A program made the translations under genes and the position numbers. Of a stretch of DNA of 64,000 nucleotides, positions 9,649 through 19,115 are shown piece by piece. The DNA is taken from assembly GCA_963753345.1 (NCBI GenBank), contig CAVWBU010000024.1, positions 171,483-235,482 of the forward strand. Direction: 5' to 3'. Every line of letters begins with the position of its first letter. Position 1 is the first letter of the stretch. The notes below the pieces were generated by a model. The model was given only the letters and a program-made list of their open reading frames with translations. It had not been told where the DNA came from and did no database searches. This DNA comes from an uncultured Fibrobacterota bacterium (GTDB lineage: Bacteria; Fibrobacterota; Chitinivibrionia; Chitinivibrionales; FEN-1185).

Positions 9649-9909
9649 CTACGACGAGCCTTTTTTCTTGAAGATGTCGTTGATTTCCTGCTGCACTTTC
9701 GCTTTGTAAAGCACTTCTTCGAGGTCGTGGGCAATCTGCTTGCCTTCGCTGAGCATTGCCGCCCTTTTTTCGAGAAGTGCGATTTCAAGTTCGCGGCGCT
9801 TGTTTTCTTCTTTGCGTATCTTGAAAACAAGGATCGAATGTCCCAGGGAGAGTCCCAGAAGCACGATGAGGATTTGAATAATCCAGAAAATGAGATATTC
9901 TTCGAACAT
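9649..9909 (-). CDS. small membrane protein with a coiled-coil tail
   Basis: The 86-aa product has one N-terminal TM helix (YLIFWIIQILIVLLGLSLGHSILVF) followed by a charged helical region. The RBS is weak. Confidence 0.45.
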   Translation of the reverse strand: MFEEYLIFWIIQILIVLLGLSLGHSILVFKIRKEENKRRELEIALLEKRAAMLSEGKQIAHDLEEVLYKAKVQQEINDIFKKKGSS

Positions 9910-10048
9910 CCGAATCGGCCCCGTTTCACTACGTGCGCACCTTTTTCCGCCGCCCTCTTTTCAATGCACCCTTAAAATATCTCCGGCATGAGGGGATTTC
10001 AATAATTTCGGGATTTATTTGGCCGCACGTCCAGGCATTTTTCCGGCG

Positions 10049-12508
10049 CTAGACCACCGGAAACGCATCGGTGTTGAAGTTCATCCTGCGCGCGAATTCG
10101 AGGAGCCGGATAAGGGTGTCCCGGTGCACCGAGCCCGGCGATTTCCGGAATTCCTGGTACAGGGGAACAAGCGTGGTTTCCATAATTGAGAAGAAAAGGT
10201 CTTCGGGCTTGCTTTTTGAAAACGGGATGCCGAACCGGTCGACGATGTTGAGCAGGTACCGCACACGGTCGGCGGAAACCTCGCTGAGCGTTTCGCCGAA
10301 TATCTGGAGCTCCGAGAGGAGCAGGTCGAGCAGGAGCCGGGCGCTTTCGGCGTAATCGATGGTGATGCCGTACTTCCGCGACTTTTTCCATAAGTCAAGA
10401 AGCCTGGTCCACACCTCGTCCTCGCGGCCGTAAATCTCTATCTCGTTGATGGTGACGTTCCACGTCGCGGTGAGGACGTAGGCGATGGGCGCGGCGACGT
10501 ACGGGGGCAGCGGCACGCCGAGGCTGGACAGCGAATCGAGTATCTTTTCGTTGCGCTCCATCCATGACGCGTACTTTTCGCGCGTGTCCTTCGCCATCTC
10601 GCCGAGAAAGAATCCGGCGAGTCTCACTTTCGATTCCTCGAACATCGACGAAAGGTTAAGCGCCACGGAGGTCGGATGGGCCTTGATGCCCTCGGGGTTC
10701 TCCGCGGCCGCATCGGCGGGAACGCACCACCCGTTAAGCAGGCCGTCCTCCTTTTCGAGGCACAGGGAAAAACGGCCGCGCTCCCCGCTGCTGCGGTTGC
10801 GTATGTCCGCCGTGAACAAGCCGCCGGCCTTGTGCCCGCCCGGCCGGGCACCCCCCGGAACCGACAGGGACACCTCGAAGCCGTAATAGTCGAACCTGCG
10901 CTCGGCCGCCTTGTCCGGCGCGACGGTCTTTTCCGCCGCCGCCGTAAAACAGAGCATTTCGAGATGGCGGAGGTAGGGCGCGACGGTCTCCCGGAAAATG
11001 GTGGCCCCGCTCTTTTCCGGAATGTTGCTTTTCGCGCCGGAAAGCATTTGCACGAACTCGTCGGTGACGCTTTCGCGCCGCAAGGGGTCGATGCCGAGCT
11101 GGAGCGCACGTCCGGCGTACATGATGTTCTGCACGGTCTCTATGCCGCTCACGTCCGAGAAAAACCACCCGCACGAGGTGAACGAGAACAGCATGTACTT
11201 CTGGGCCTCGAGCAGGCGCCTCAGGGCGAGAGCGTCCTCGTCGGAACAGCCGGCGCGCACGCCATGCTTTACAATATGCGATTTGAATTCCGCGAGCGTG
11301 CGGGTGTCTGCAAACCCCATATACGCATCGCGCAGTTTCCACGGATCGGCCGCGTGCGGCGAGACGGCCGCTTCGAATTCGTCGTCGACATGCTTCTGCA
11401 GGCGCTCAAACGCGGCGCGGAGCGGGCCGCGCCACGCCTGGTTCCACGAGGGCGGGCCGCCCGCCTTGCATCCGCAGTCCCGCGCCCACCTGCCCACGCC
11501 GTGGATGCAGCTCCATGCCGTGCCTTCGCCGAATTCGTTCTTGAGCGCCACCTCGAACACGGGAGGATTCTTCTCCAGATACCAGCCGAAATTGACCGGC
11601 ACGATGTTCATTTCGGACGCAAGCCTTCCAAAGAAATAGGCAAGGCACATGTCGCCGAACGGCTTGTGGTGACCGAACGTCTCGCCGTCGGTGGCGATCA
11701 CCACCACCTGGTCGCGTTCGTCTGCGTCGTCGTAGCAGGAACGTATCTTCGCTCCGAGCGCGCCGGCGCTCGACAGGAGATCGCCGAAGCTCACCTCTCT
11801 CGACAGGCCTTCGTTGAAGAAAAACGCGTCGATGTGGCCGCCGAGCCTTGCGCCGGCCTGGTCGCGGTTGTAAATACGGTACGCGCGCTTCGTGTCGAAA
11901 CCGCTCCCGGCGGGCCGCCACGGCCCCTTCCCGTCGAGGCCCCGGAATGTCTCGGCCTGGGCCGGCGACAGCACCACGAACCGCACGCCTTCCTCGATGA
12001 GGCACTGCACGGTCTCCATGTTGATTGCCGTCTCGGCGAGCCAGATCCCTTCGCATTCGCGTTTGTAACGCGACCGGAAGAATTCCTTTGCCCAGCGTAT
12101 CTGCGTTAGTTTGTCCCGCCGGGACGCGAGCGGCATAATCACGTGGTTGTACACCTGGGCCACGGCATTGCCGTGCCCGCCCCGGGCCGCGCAGGTCTCC
12201 CGGTCCGCCGCCACGATCCGCGCCGTGACCTTCGGGTGGTTCTTTTCGAGCCACCGAAAGAGCGTGGGGCCGAAGTTGTGGCTCATGTGCAGGTAGTTGT
12301 TGCGTATGTCAACGATCATGCCGCGCTGGTCGAGGATGCGCGAGAAGGCATTGGGCCGGTAGCACTGGTCGTAGATGCGCTCGTTCCAGTCGTGGTAGGG
12401 CGACGCGGAACCCTGTTTTTCTATAAAGTCAAGCCACGGGTTTTCGCGCGGCGGCTGGTAGAAATGGCCGTGGATCACCACGTACCGGTTCGCGGCGCCG
12501 CCCGTCAT
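10049..12508 (-). CDS. glycoside hydrolase family 57 protein with a C-terminal DUF3536-like extension
   Basis: VVIHGHFYQPPRENPW and ATDGETFGHH are GH57 hallmarks. The start is set at the in-frame ATG at 12508 (MTGGAANRYVVIHGHF), because the longer ORF extension reads through the intergenic repeat. Confidence 0.8.
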   Translation of the reverse strand: MTGGAANRYVVIHGHFYQPPRENPWLDFIEKQGSASPYHDWNERIYDQCYRPNAFSRILDQRGMIVDIRNNYLHMSHNFGPTLFRWLEKNHPKVTARIVAADRETCAARGGHGNAVAQVYNHVIMPLASRRDKLTQIRWAKEFFRSRYKRECEGIWLAETAINMETVQCLIEEGVRFVVLSPAQAETFRGLDGKGPWRPAGSGFDTKRAYRIYNRDQAGARLGGHIDAFFFNEGLSREVSFGDLLSSAGALGAKIRSCYDDADERDQVVVIATDGETFGHHKPFGDMCLAYFFGRLASEMNIVPVNFGWYLEKNPPVFEVALKNEFGEGTAWSCIHGVGRWARDCGCKAGGPPSWNQAWRGPLRAAFERLQKHVDDEFEAAVSPHAADPWKLRDAYMGFADTRTLAEFKSHIVKHGVRAGCSDEDALALRRLLEAQKYMLFSFTSCGWFFSDVSGIETVQNIMYAGRALQLGIDPLRRESVTDEFVQMLSGAKSNIPEKSGATIFRETVAPYLRHLEMLCFTAAAEKTVAPDKAAERRFDYYGFEVSLSVPGGARPGGHKAGGLFTADIRNRSSGERGRFSLCLEKEDGLLNGWCVPADAAAENPEGIKAHPTSVALNLSSMFEESKVRLAGFFLGEMAKDTREKYASWMERNEKILDSLSSLGVPLPPYVAAPIAYVLTATWNVTINEIEIYGREDEVWTRLLDLWKKSRKYGITIDYAESARLLLDLLLSELQIFGETLSEVSADRVRYLLNIVDRFGIPFSKSKPEDLFFSIMETTLVPLYQEFRKSPGSVHRDTLIRLLEFARRMNFNTDAFPVV

Positions 12509-12640
12509 ACTACACCGCCCGGGCCCGCCGGGGGTAATTCGCGGAACCTCGGGGAAAATACGCCTGCTCTTTTGTGGATGATCGCGCGTGCGGCCGGCCT
12601 GGTGCTCATGGTTCTCCGGGTGAAAGAAATCCGATCCAAT

Positions 12641-12801
12641 CGGTGGAGCCCCGCCGACAGGAGTCGGCGGCACCAAAAATTTCCTTCGGCTCCGGGAGCC
12701 GAAGGCTGCTTGTGCGACGCTTCGGCGTCCCCGAAGGGGGGCGACATCCCGAAGCAGAAGGCCCCCGACAAAATCGGGGGCCTTCTGCGTAGTGGGTAAA
12801 A
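12641..12801. repeat. hairpin-dense intergenic repeat, copy A
   Basis: The first 122 nt match 37582-37703 with a single mismatch (g12708 versus a37649). It contains stems CCGCCGAC-AGGA-GTCGGCGG, CCTTCGGCTC-CGG-GAGCCGAAGG, GACGC-TTCG-GCGTC and a 13-bp stem GCAGAAGGCCCCC/GGGGGCCTTCTGC. Confidence 0.85.
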
Positions 12802-12840
12802 ATATACTTCATGGAAATCAGCTTCCCGCAGGAGCATCCG

Positions 12841-14277
12841 TCAATGGCGCGGCCCCTTTCCGAGGCGCGAAAGGAGCTGCTTCGCCCTGATCGCGAACAC
12901 GTCGCCCGGACTCGAAAGCACGAGTTTTTCCAGAAGGGCGGCGCCCCGGCTGCCGTCGCCTTGCCTTATGAGAATTTCGGCGCGAAAGTATTCCAGTTCC
13001 GGCGACGTTTCGGCGGCCCCGATCTGCGAAAGAACCTTCGCGGCGTCGTCGACACAATCCTGTTCCAGCAAAGCGGCGACCATCTCGCACGCAAGCATCC
13101 GCCGCGCGCCGGGTGCAAACGCGGACAGCGGCACGGCCGCGGCCTTTTTCGGCCTGCCCAGCCACAGGGCGTATTCCACGGCGCCGAAATCCTTCAGCGC
13201 ATCGGGCGAGTCCCTGAGCACCTCGAGCTTGTAGCGGAACGCAAGCACCTCGCGGCCGTATTCCCAGCCCGGCGCAACGGCAACCGTGTCGATCCACCCT
13301 TCGAGGCTGTCCGCCTGCCCCAGAAACACGGTTGTCCGGATCTTCCACACCGTCTGCGCCTGGCGGTCTCCGCGGATCGCGGCAGCGCACCCGGCCGCGC
13401 GTACACAATCGCCCGAATACAGCGCCTGGCGTACCGCAAGGGTGTCCCGGGGGACCGACGCGGGAAGGGCGGCGATCAGGCTGTCTGCTTTGTCAAGGAG
13501 CCCGGCTCGCTGCAGGAACGCGGCCGCCTGCGCGCGGAAGCGCGGGTCGGAAAGCCGGGCACGCGGGAGCCACAGTGCGGCCTCCGCGTTTTTTCCCATT
13601 TTCAAATAGCACTGGTACACGATGGCCGCAGCCAGCGATTGCTCCCTGGGATCGGTACAGCGGCGGAAGGCCTCTGTGGCCGGCGCCACCGCATCGGAAA
13701 CAAAACCCATGGCCATCCGCTCGCGCGCGAGACCGAGAAAGTCGCGGGCCGACGGGAAATGCGGCGTGTCGAGCTCCCGAAGCACGTCGACCGCCTCCGC
13801 AAACAGGGAGGAATATTCGTAGGTGCGCGACAGCCATTGCTTGATTCTCAATGTGTCGCACCGGTCGCGGGCAAGGGCGCATTGGCGGTACGCACCAAGG
13901 GCCAGGCGCCGTGTTTCCATGGGCCTGTCTTTCAGGATTTCGGACAGCCGCGCGCAGGCGAGGTCCGCCATGCCGGGCGCCATCGAGCCGGTTTTGCAGC
14001 AGAGCACGCCGGCATCGCCGTATCGGGCAAGCGCGGCCTTTGCCGGCATCCAGGTGAGGTAGTCGAGACCGTCGAGCGCTCCCGCCGAATCGGCGATGGA
14101 AAGCAGGCTGTCGGCCTCCGCGATGTTCCCTTTGTCAAGATCGGAAAGGCCGCGCAAGCGGCAGGCTTGGACCTTCTGGCGGTCGAAACGGGGCGCAGCG
14201 CCGACCGGCGGCGGTCCGGCGGCCGCCGCGCACACCGCAACAAGGATCGTCAGCAAGGTCTTGACAGCATGCGCCAT
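12841..14277 (-). CDS. hypothetical secreted helical-repeat (TPR-like) protein
   Basis: The signal peptide is MAHAVKTLLTILVAVCAAAAG. The product is Ala/Leu-rich and helical, and the gene starts 4 nt after the BamA-like gene's stop. The + strand 527-aa ORF is an Arg-rich shadow. Confidence 0.6.
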   Translation of the reverse strand: MAHAVKTLLTILVAVCAAAAGPPPVGAAPRFDRQKVQACRLRGLSDLDKGNIAEADSLLSIADSAGALDGLDYLTWMPAKAALARYGDAGVLCCKTGSMAPGMADLACARLSEILKDRPMETRRLALGAYRQCALARDRCDTLRIKQWLSRTYEYSSLFAEAVDVLRELDTPHFPSARDFLGLARERMAMGFVSDAVAPATEAFRRCTDPREQSLAAAIVYQCYLKMGKNAEAALWLPRARLSDPRFRAQAAAFLQRAGLLDKADSLIAALPASVPRDTLAVRQALYSGDCVRAAGCAAAIRGDRQAQTVWKIRTTVFLGQADSLEGWIDTVAVAPGWEYGREVLAFRYKLEVLRDSPDALKDFGAVEYALWLGRPKKAAAVPLSAFAPGARRMLACEMVAALLEQDCVDDAAKVLSQIGAAETSPELEYFRAEILIRQGDGSRGAALLEKLVLSSPGDVFAIRAKQLLSRLGKGPRH

Positions 14278-14280
14278 GGC

Positions 14281-16071
14281 CTACCGCCCCATCCCGGCCG
14301 ATATCGGGTTCATGACCGACACATGCACCCTGCCCAGACTCTTGGTGTCCTGATAATTCCTGGCCCACTCAACGGCCGCGCTGCCGATTTTTGACGGAAT
14401 GCGAATGCCAAGGCCGTAGCCGAAGAGTTTGGTCCCGGAGGACAGGGTAAGACGGTCGGCGGGGCCGAAACCCATGCCGGCGTCTGCGAAGAGATAGAGG
14501 GAACCCTGGGGATTGTAATAGAACAGACACTCGGCCTGGCCAAAGCCGACCGTCTTGAACGCGAACTCCTGGTCGGCGTAGCCGCGAAGGGAATTGTAGC
14601 CGCCCACGCGATACAGCTCGGCCTGGTTCAGCGAGTCGGCCGCCTCGGAAAACAGCGCGTCACCCGTGAACCTTCCCGCAACTGCCCACCGCTTTGTCAA
14701 GGGCACGTGCAGGTTGCCCGTCATGTCGACATGCCAGCGGTCGAACTGCCGTCCGTTGTTTTTCGCTATACCGCTGCCCGACCGGAGGGAAAAACCGCGG
14801 CTCAGTTCGCCGGCGCGGTAGGCGTTCACGTTCCGCACCAGGATGATGTCGGCGCCCCCGAATTCCGACGACGAACCGGCGGACTCGTTGGAGACTTGGA
14901 CTTCGTGCGCGGTCACGGCCAGGCCGAACTGCCAGTAGGAACGCAGCTCCATGAGGCCTTCGAGGCTGCCGTGGAGGTAGCCGTACTGGGACGTATCCTG
15001 GCGGATTTCGAGCCCGAAATCGCCGGAAGCGAACACGGGAAAATCCAGAAGATACGGCTTGGAAAGCGAAAGTTCCATGCGCTGAAGGTCCTGCTGGCCG
15101 TTGTAGGAAAGCTGGGCCGTTTCGCCCGAATGCAGGATGTTGAGAAGGGAAATATTGACAACGCCGTAAAAGCTGTTCGCAAGCGATGCTCCGCCCGCCT
15201 GAAAGGTGAGCGCGCCCTCGAAGCCGAATCCGCTCTTGTCGGAGCAGGAAAACGGGACCATCACTTTGTCCGGCGGGGCCGTATTTGCTGCGCGGCCGAC
15301 CGTGTCGGACGGAAGCGCCGCGTCGAGCACCACGGCCGGTGACGAGACTTCCACCGAGGTCACGTATGCCCGCGACAGCAGCCGTTCACGGGATTCCTCC
15401 ACCGCGCGCACGCTGAACGGCGCGTTTTCCCGGATCGAAACATCGTGCAGAAGCAGCTTGCGGCCGGTCTTGAACTTGCCTATAAGGAGCGGCTTTGCGA
15501 AAACGTAGCGTCCGTTTTCGCGAACGTCAAAAACAACGGAAAGGGAACGTTGCCGCGCACCGCGGGGCCCGGCGGGAAAATCGGCGATGGTACGGACGGC
15601 AACTGAAAGGCTCGCAAACGGGTACCCCCGGCAGCCGAGATAGTAGATCGTCCTTCCGGCAAGCCACTGGACATACCCGGCGTCGTAGGGAAACGGCAGC
15701 TTTACTTTCGCAACCGAATCGAGCGGCACGGCGGCGTCGCCCTGCACCCGTACGGAGTCGACGCGGCTGCGTCCGCCCGGGTCGATATGCACGGTCTTCG
15801 GGGCAACCGTGTCCCACACGGCAAGGAAGAAACCCAGGGAATCGAGCAGGCCGCGCACAGCGGCCGCCTTTGCGCCGGGAGGCGCCTTCTGCACACGGTC
15901 GAGCACAAGCCGCGTTGCGAGGTCGCGTGATTCAACCATGAGATAGGTGTGACCCGAATCGGAGAACTGGACCGGGGTAAACGCTTGCTTTGCGGCTGCA
16001 GGAAACGCACAGAGCTGAATTACGAGGAGAAGAAGAACGTGTCGCGCGGGGCGCGGCAGGCGACGCGGCAT
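14281..16071 (-). CDS. BamA/TamA-family outer-membrane protein (surface antigen D15)
   Basis: The C-terminal barrel carries LYRVGGYNSLRGYADQEF. The start is set at ATG 16071 (MPRRLPRPARHVLLLLVIQLCAFPAAA signal peptide), which avoids overlap with the upstream gene. Confidence 0.75.
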   Translation of the reverse strand: MPRRLPRPARHVLLLLVIQLCAFPAAAKQAFTPVQFSDSGHTYLMVESRDLATRLVLDRVQKAPPGAKAAAVRGLLDSLGFFLAVWDTVAPKTVHIDPGGRSRVDSVRVQGDAAVPLDSVAKVKLPFPYDAGYVQWLAGRTIYYLGCRGYPFASLSVAVRTIADFPAGPRGARQRSLSVVFDVRENGRYVFAKPLLIGKFKTGRKLLLHDVSIRENAPFSVRAVEESRERLLSRAYVTSVEVSSPAVVLDAALPSDTVGRAANTAPPDKVMVPFSCSDKSGFGFEGALTFQAGGASLANSFYGVVNISLLNILHSGETAQLSYNGQQDLQRMELSLSKPYLLDFPVFASGDFGLEIRQDTSQYGYLHGSLEGLMELRSYWQFGLAVTAHEVQVSNESAGSSSEFGGADIILVRNVNAYRAGELSRGFSLRSGSGIAKNNGRQFDRWHVDMTGNLHVPLTKRWAVAGRFTGDALFSEAADSLNQAELYRVGGYNSLRGYADQEFAFKTVGFGQAECLFYYNPQGSLYLFADAGMGFGPADRLTLSSGTKLFGYGLGIRIPSKIGSAAVEWARNYQDTKSLGRVHVSVMNPISAGMGR

Positions 16072-16127
16072 TAAGAAATGGCGGGAAAGAACCGGAGCGC
16101 GAAAAGCGGAAACAACCGCTTTCCGGG

Positions 16128-16643
16128 TTACGCGGCGCCTTTCTGTTTGCGCTTTTCCAATATTTCCTTGCCCTTCACGGAGTACTTGGCAACCGGGACT
16201 TCTTCCAGGCGTTCCACGGGAATCGGCTCGCCCGTCACGAGGCACGTGCCATAGGTGCCCTCTTCAATACGTTGGAGCGCCTCATCTATTTGCTCAAGAT
16301 ATTTCTGCTGGCGTTCGGCCAGCCCCATGGAGAATTCCCTGCCGTAGGCAAGCGACGCAGTGTCGCCGAGGTGATAACTGTACCGTGAGTTCTCGCCGGA
16401 CTGGTCGGCGATGGAGGTCTTGAGGTTCTCGTTCTGGATCTCGCCCATTTCCTCGAGCACCCTCTTCTTTTCCTTGAGGAGTCTCTCCTTGAAATACGAA
16501 AGCTCCTTCCTGGTGAGCTTTCGCACGGAGACGGCTTCCCGGGACAGAGCCTTCGAGGCTTTCCGGGGCTTGTGCGGCTTTTGCTTTTTTGACGGCTTTG
16601 AGGGCCGCTTCGCACCCTTTTTCGGACGCGATTTCTTGTTCAC
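16128..16643 (-). CDS. DksA/TraR-family regulator, zinc-finger cysteines mostly lost
   Basis: The coiled-coil region leads to EEGTYGTCLVTGEPIPVERLEEVPVAKYSV, which aligns to the DksA C4 region but keeps only 1 Cys. There is a Lys/Pro-rich basic N-terminal tail of about 35 aa. Confidence 0.65.
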   Translation of the reverse strand: MNKKSRPKKGAKRPSKPSKKQKPHKPRKASKALSREAVSVRKLTRKELSYFKERLLKEKKRVLEEMGEIQNENLKTSIADQSGENSRYSYHLGDTASLAYGREFSMGLAERQQKYLEQIDEALQRIEEGTYGTCLVTGEPIPVERLEEVPVAKYSVKGKEILEKRKQKGAA

Positions 16644-16930
16644 GGTAAGGTTCCTTGTTGAAAAAGAATTTTCAAATATAGTTCTCGAAGCAGGTGAAAG
16701 ACAATCCTTTGTTTTAATCTTTGTCCTTCATTGTATCATTGCCCAGCAAGGCGTGCCATACAAAAAACCGATGTACCGCGCGCCGCAGGTGTTGGTGATG
16801 GCCGACCCTGCCATCGTTTACTTCCATAGCCCCCTAATCTATTTTTCGGAAGACGCACGAACATTTTCAGAATGTCTCCAACTCCTGCGCTTTGCCCTCC
16901 TTGGGGCCACAGAAAGCGAAACGCACCTTG

Positions 16931-18214
16931 ATGACACGAGTCGAAGCAGCAAAAGAAGGCCTGATCACACCAGAGATGAAAAAGGCGGCCTCCGCGGAGG
17001 GCATTGACGCCCGCACCCTTCGCAGCAGCCTTGCCGATGGCTCCATTGTCATCGCCCGCAACACCGGAAGAAAAATCCGACCGCTCGCCATCGGCGCCGG
17101 CACGAGGATAAAGGTAAACGCGAACATCGGCACGTCGTCGGCCAAGGCGAGCATCAGGGAAGAACTGCACAAGATGCGCGTGGCGGTCAAACACGGCGCC
17201 GACGCGATTATGGACCTTTCCACCTCCGGCGACCTTTCCGCAATCCGCGCGGCCATTCTCGACGCGTGCCCGGTGGCCGTGGGAACGGTGCCCCTGTACG
17301 AAATGGCGCTTGTCGCAAAGAGAAAACGCAAATCGATCGTGGATCTTTCGGCGCAGGAAATGTTCGAGGTCGTACAGAGCCACTGCGAGCAGGGCGTGGA
17401 CTTCCTCACGCTCCACTGCGGCGTAACGCTGCAGTCGGTGGAGCGTTTCAGGCGGGCAGGGAGGCTTGCAGGGTCGGTCTCGCGCGGCGGCACCATCATG
17501 ATGGAATGGATCCACCACAACCGGAAGGAAAATCCGCTGTACGCCGACTTCGGCCGGGTTCTTGACATCTGCGCAAAGCACGACGTGTGCGTGAGCCTGG
17601 GCGACGCCTTCCGTCCGGGCGCCATCGCCGACGCGACCGACCGCGTGCAGGTGGAGGAGCTGGTGATTCTTGGCGAGCTCGTGCAGGCGGCGCGCAAAAA
17701 AAACGTGGGCGTGTTCGTGGAAGGCCCGGGCCACGTGCCCCTCAACCAGATCGCGGCCAACGTGCAGATTGAAAAGACCCTGTGCAACAATGCGCCGTTT
17801 TACGTTCTGGGCCCCATTGTCACCGACGTGTCGCCCGGCTACGACCATGTCTCGGCGGCCATCGGCGGCGCGGTGGCGGGAATGGCCGGCGCCGATTTCC
17901 TGTGCTACGTGACGCCCGCCGAGCACCTGCGGCTTCCGTCCGTCGAGGACGTGCGGGAAGGGGTGATCGCGTCGCGCATCGCGGGCCATGCGGCCGACAT
18001 TGCCCGCGGACTCCCCGGCGCAGCCGATTGGGACCGCGCCGCTTCCCGGGCGAAAGTGGACCTTAACTGGGACAAGTTCCTTTCTCTCTGCGTCGACCCG
18101 GACAAGGCGCGCGCCTACCGCGCATCGCTGCCGCCCAGCGACGATGGGTCCCTGTGCAGCATCTGCGGCGAATTCTGCGCGATCAAGAGGTCTAAGAAGG
18201 TACGCCCATTCTAG
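16931..18214 (+). CDS. thiC: phosphomethylpyrimidine synthase
   Basis: The N-terminus MTRVEAAKEGLITPEMKKAA is ThiC-like, with conserved blocks throughout. The C-terminal CSICGEFCAIK matches the CX2CX4C radical-SAM-like cluster motif. Confidence 0.9.
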   Translation: MTRVEAAKEGLITPEMKKAASAEGIDARTLRSSLADGSIVIARNTGRKIRPLAIGAGTRIKVNANIGTSSAKASIREELHKMRVAVKHGADAIMDLSTSGDLSAIRAAILDACPVAVGTVPLYEMALVAKRKRKSIVDLSAQEMFEVVQSHCEQGVDFLTLHCGVTLQSVERFRRAGRLAGSVSRGGTIMMEWIHHNRKENPLYADFGRVLDICAKHDVCVSLGDAFRPGAIADATDRVQVEELVILGELVQAARKKNVGVFVEGPGHVPLNQIAANVQIEKTLCNNAPFYVLGPIVTDVSPGYDHVSAAIGGAVAGMAGADFLCYVTPAEHLRLPSVEDVREGVIASRIAGHAADIARGLPGAADWDRAASRAKVDLNWDKFLSLCVDPDKARAYRASLPPSDDGSLCSICGEFCAIKRSKKVRPF

Positions 18215-18251
18215 GCTGGTCCGTACTTTTCCTCACCCCAGGAACATCGTC

Positions 18252-19106
18252 ATGCGAGCCTATTGTCTTACGTGCGAACTTTCTCCTGAGTCAAGCGAGC
18301 TTGCCCAGGCCCAATGGTACGGGATAGGGATGCTCGGGTGCGAGGAGGAATCCGCAGGGAAAAACGTGCGGCTCAAATGCTATTTTCCCACGAGCGCGAC
18401 GCTGCACGCCGCAGAGTTCCATCTCATGGATTTGAGCCCGTCGCAGCCGATTACCGTTTCGGTGGTTCCGGACGAGGACTGGAACGCGCGGTGGAAGCAG
18501 TCGATGAAGCCCGTGCAGGTTGCTCCCGGCATCTGGGTGTCGCCCGCATGGCTTAGGCCGCCCCTGTCGCCCGGCCACAAATGGATAAAAATCGAGCCGA
18601 AAATGGCCTTCGGCACCGGCCATCACGAGACCACGAGGCTTGCCTGCCGCATCCTGCAGGAAGTGATGGAAAAGGCGGACGCCCCTCCGTCGCTTCTTGA
18701 CATAGGCTCGGGTTCCGGCGTCCTGTGCCTCGTTGCCGACTGTTGCGGCGCCTCGCGCGCCGTCGGCGTGGAGGTTGACCCCGTGTGCGGCCCGAACATG
18801 GCCGAAAACCTGCGCAGGAACCGCCCGAAATCGCCCGTGGGTTTTGCCGTGGGCGACGTGCGCTGCCTCAAGGAAAATGCGCGATTCGACATCGTCGTCA
18901 TGAACATGATATCGTCACAGGGAATGCCGATTCTCGACGACGTGCGCCTGCTGCTCAGGGACGGCGGGCGGTTTGTCTGGTCGGGGCTTCTGCTGGATGA
19001 GAGGAAGGGCCTTACGGCCTCGGCCCGCGCTCACGGATTCGCGTTCGACAAGGACGCCCACGAGAACGAATGGTGGTGCGCCTCTTTTGTCAAGACTGCG
19101 TCATAG
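18252..19106 (+). CDS. prmA: ribosomal protein L11 methyltransferase
   Basis: KMAFGTGHHETTRLAC and the SAM motif LLDIGSGSGVL are present. The start is set at the in-frame ATG at 18252. Confidence 0.8.
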   Translation: MRAYCLTCELSPESSELAQAQWYGIGMLGCEEESAGKNVRLKCYFPTSATLHAAEFHLMDLSPSQPITVSVVPDEDWNARWKQSMKPVQVAPGIWVSPAWLRPPLSPGHKWIKIEPKMAFGTGHHETTRLACRILQEVMEKADAPPSLLDIGSGSGVLCLVADCCGASRAVGVEVDPVCGPNMAENLRRNRPKSPVGFAVGDVRCLKENARFDIVVMNMISSQGMPILDDVRLLLRDGGRFVWSGLLLDERKGLTASARAHGFAFDKDAHENEWWCASFVKTAS

Positions 19107-19115
19107 GGAACCTCC

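Noticed and set aside
12560-12840. A CRISPR array or protein-coding extension through the hairpin repeat (ORFs 12143..12799 +, 12505..12837 -, and the 5' extension of the GH57 ORF to 12676).
   Set aside because: There are only two dispersed copies 25 kb apart, with no regular repeat-spacer periodicity and no cas genes. The same nucleotide sequence is open in several frames in both copies, which argues for a non-coding element.
16644-16930. A TPP (THI-box) riboswitch was expected upstream of thiC.
   Set aside because: I scanned the 290-nt leader by eye and found neither the conserved CUGAGA element nor the ACCUGAUCUGGAUAAUGCCAGCG-like pyrimidine-sensing arm. I cannot exclude a divergent riboswitch without a covariance-model scan (Rfam RF00059).
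16736-17989. 417-aa minus-strand ORF opposite thiC. Similar long antisense ORFs include 10676..12109 (+), 12811..14394 (+), 3756..4775 (+), 46420..47553 (-) and 43519..44310 (+).
   Set aside because: These are Arg/Gly/Pro/His-rich low-complexity translations lying exactly antisense to genes with clear family motifs. They are typical shadow ORFs of high-GC DNA, and none has an RBS or recognisable motifs.
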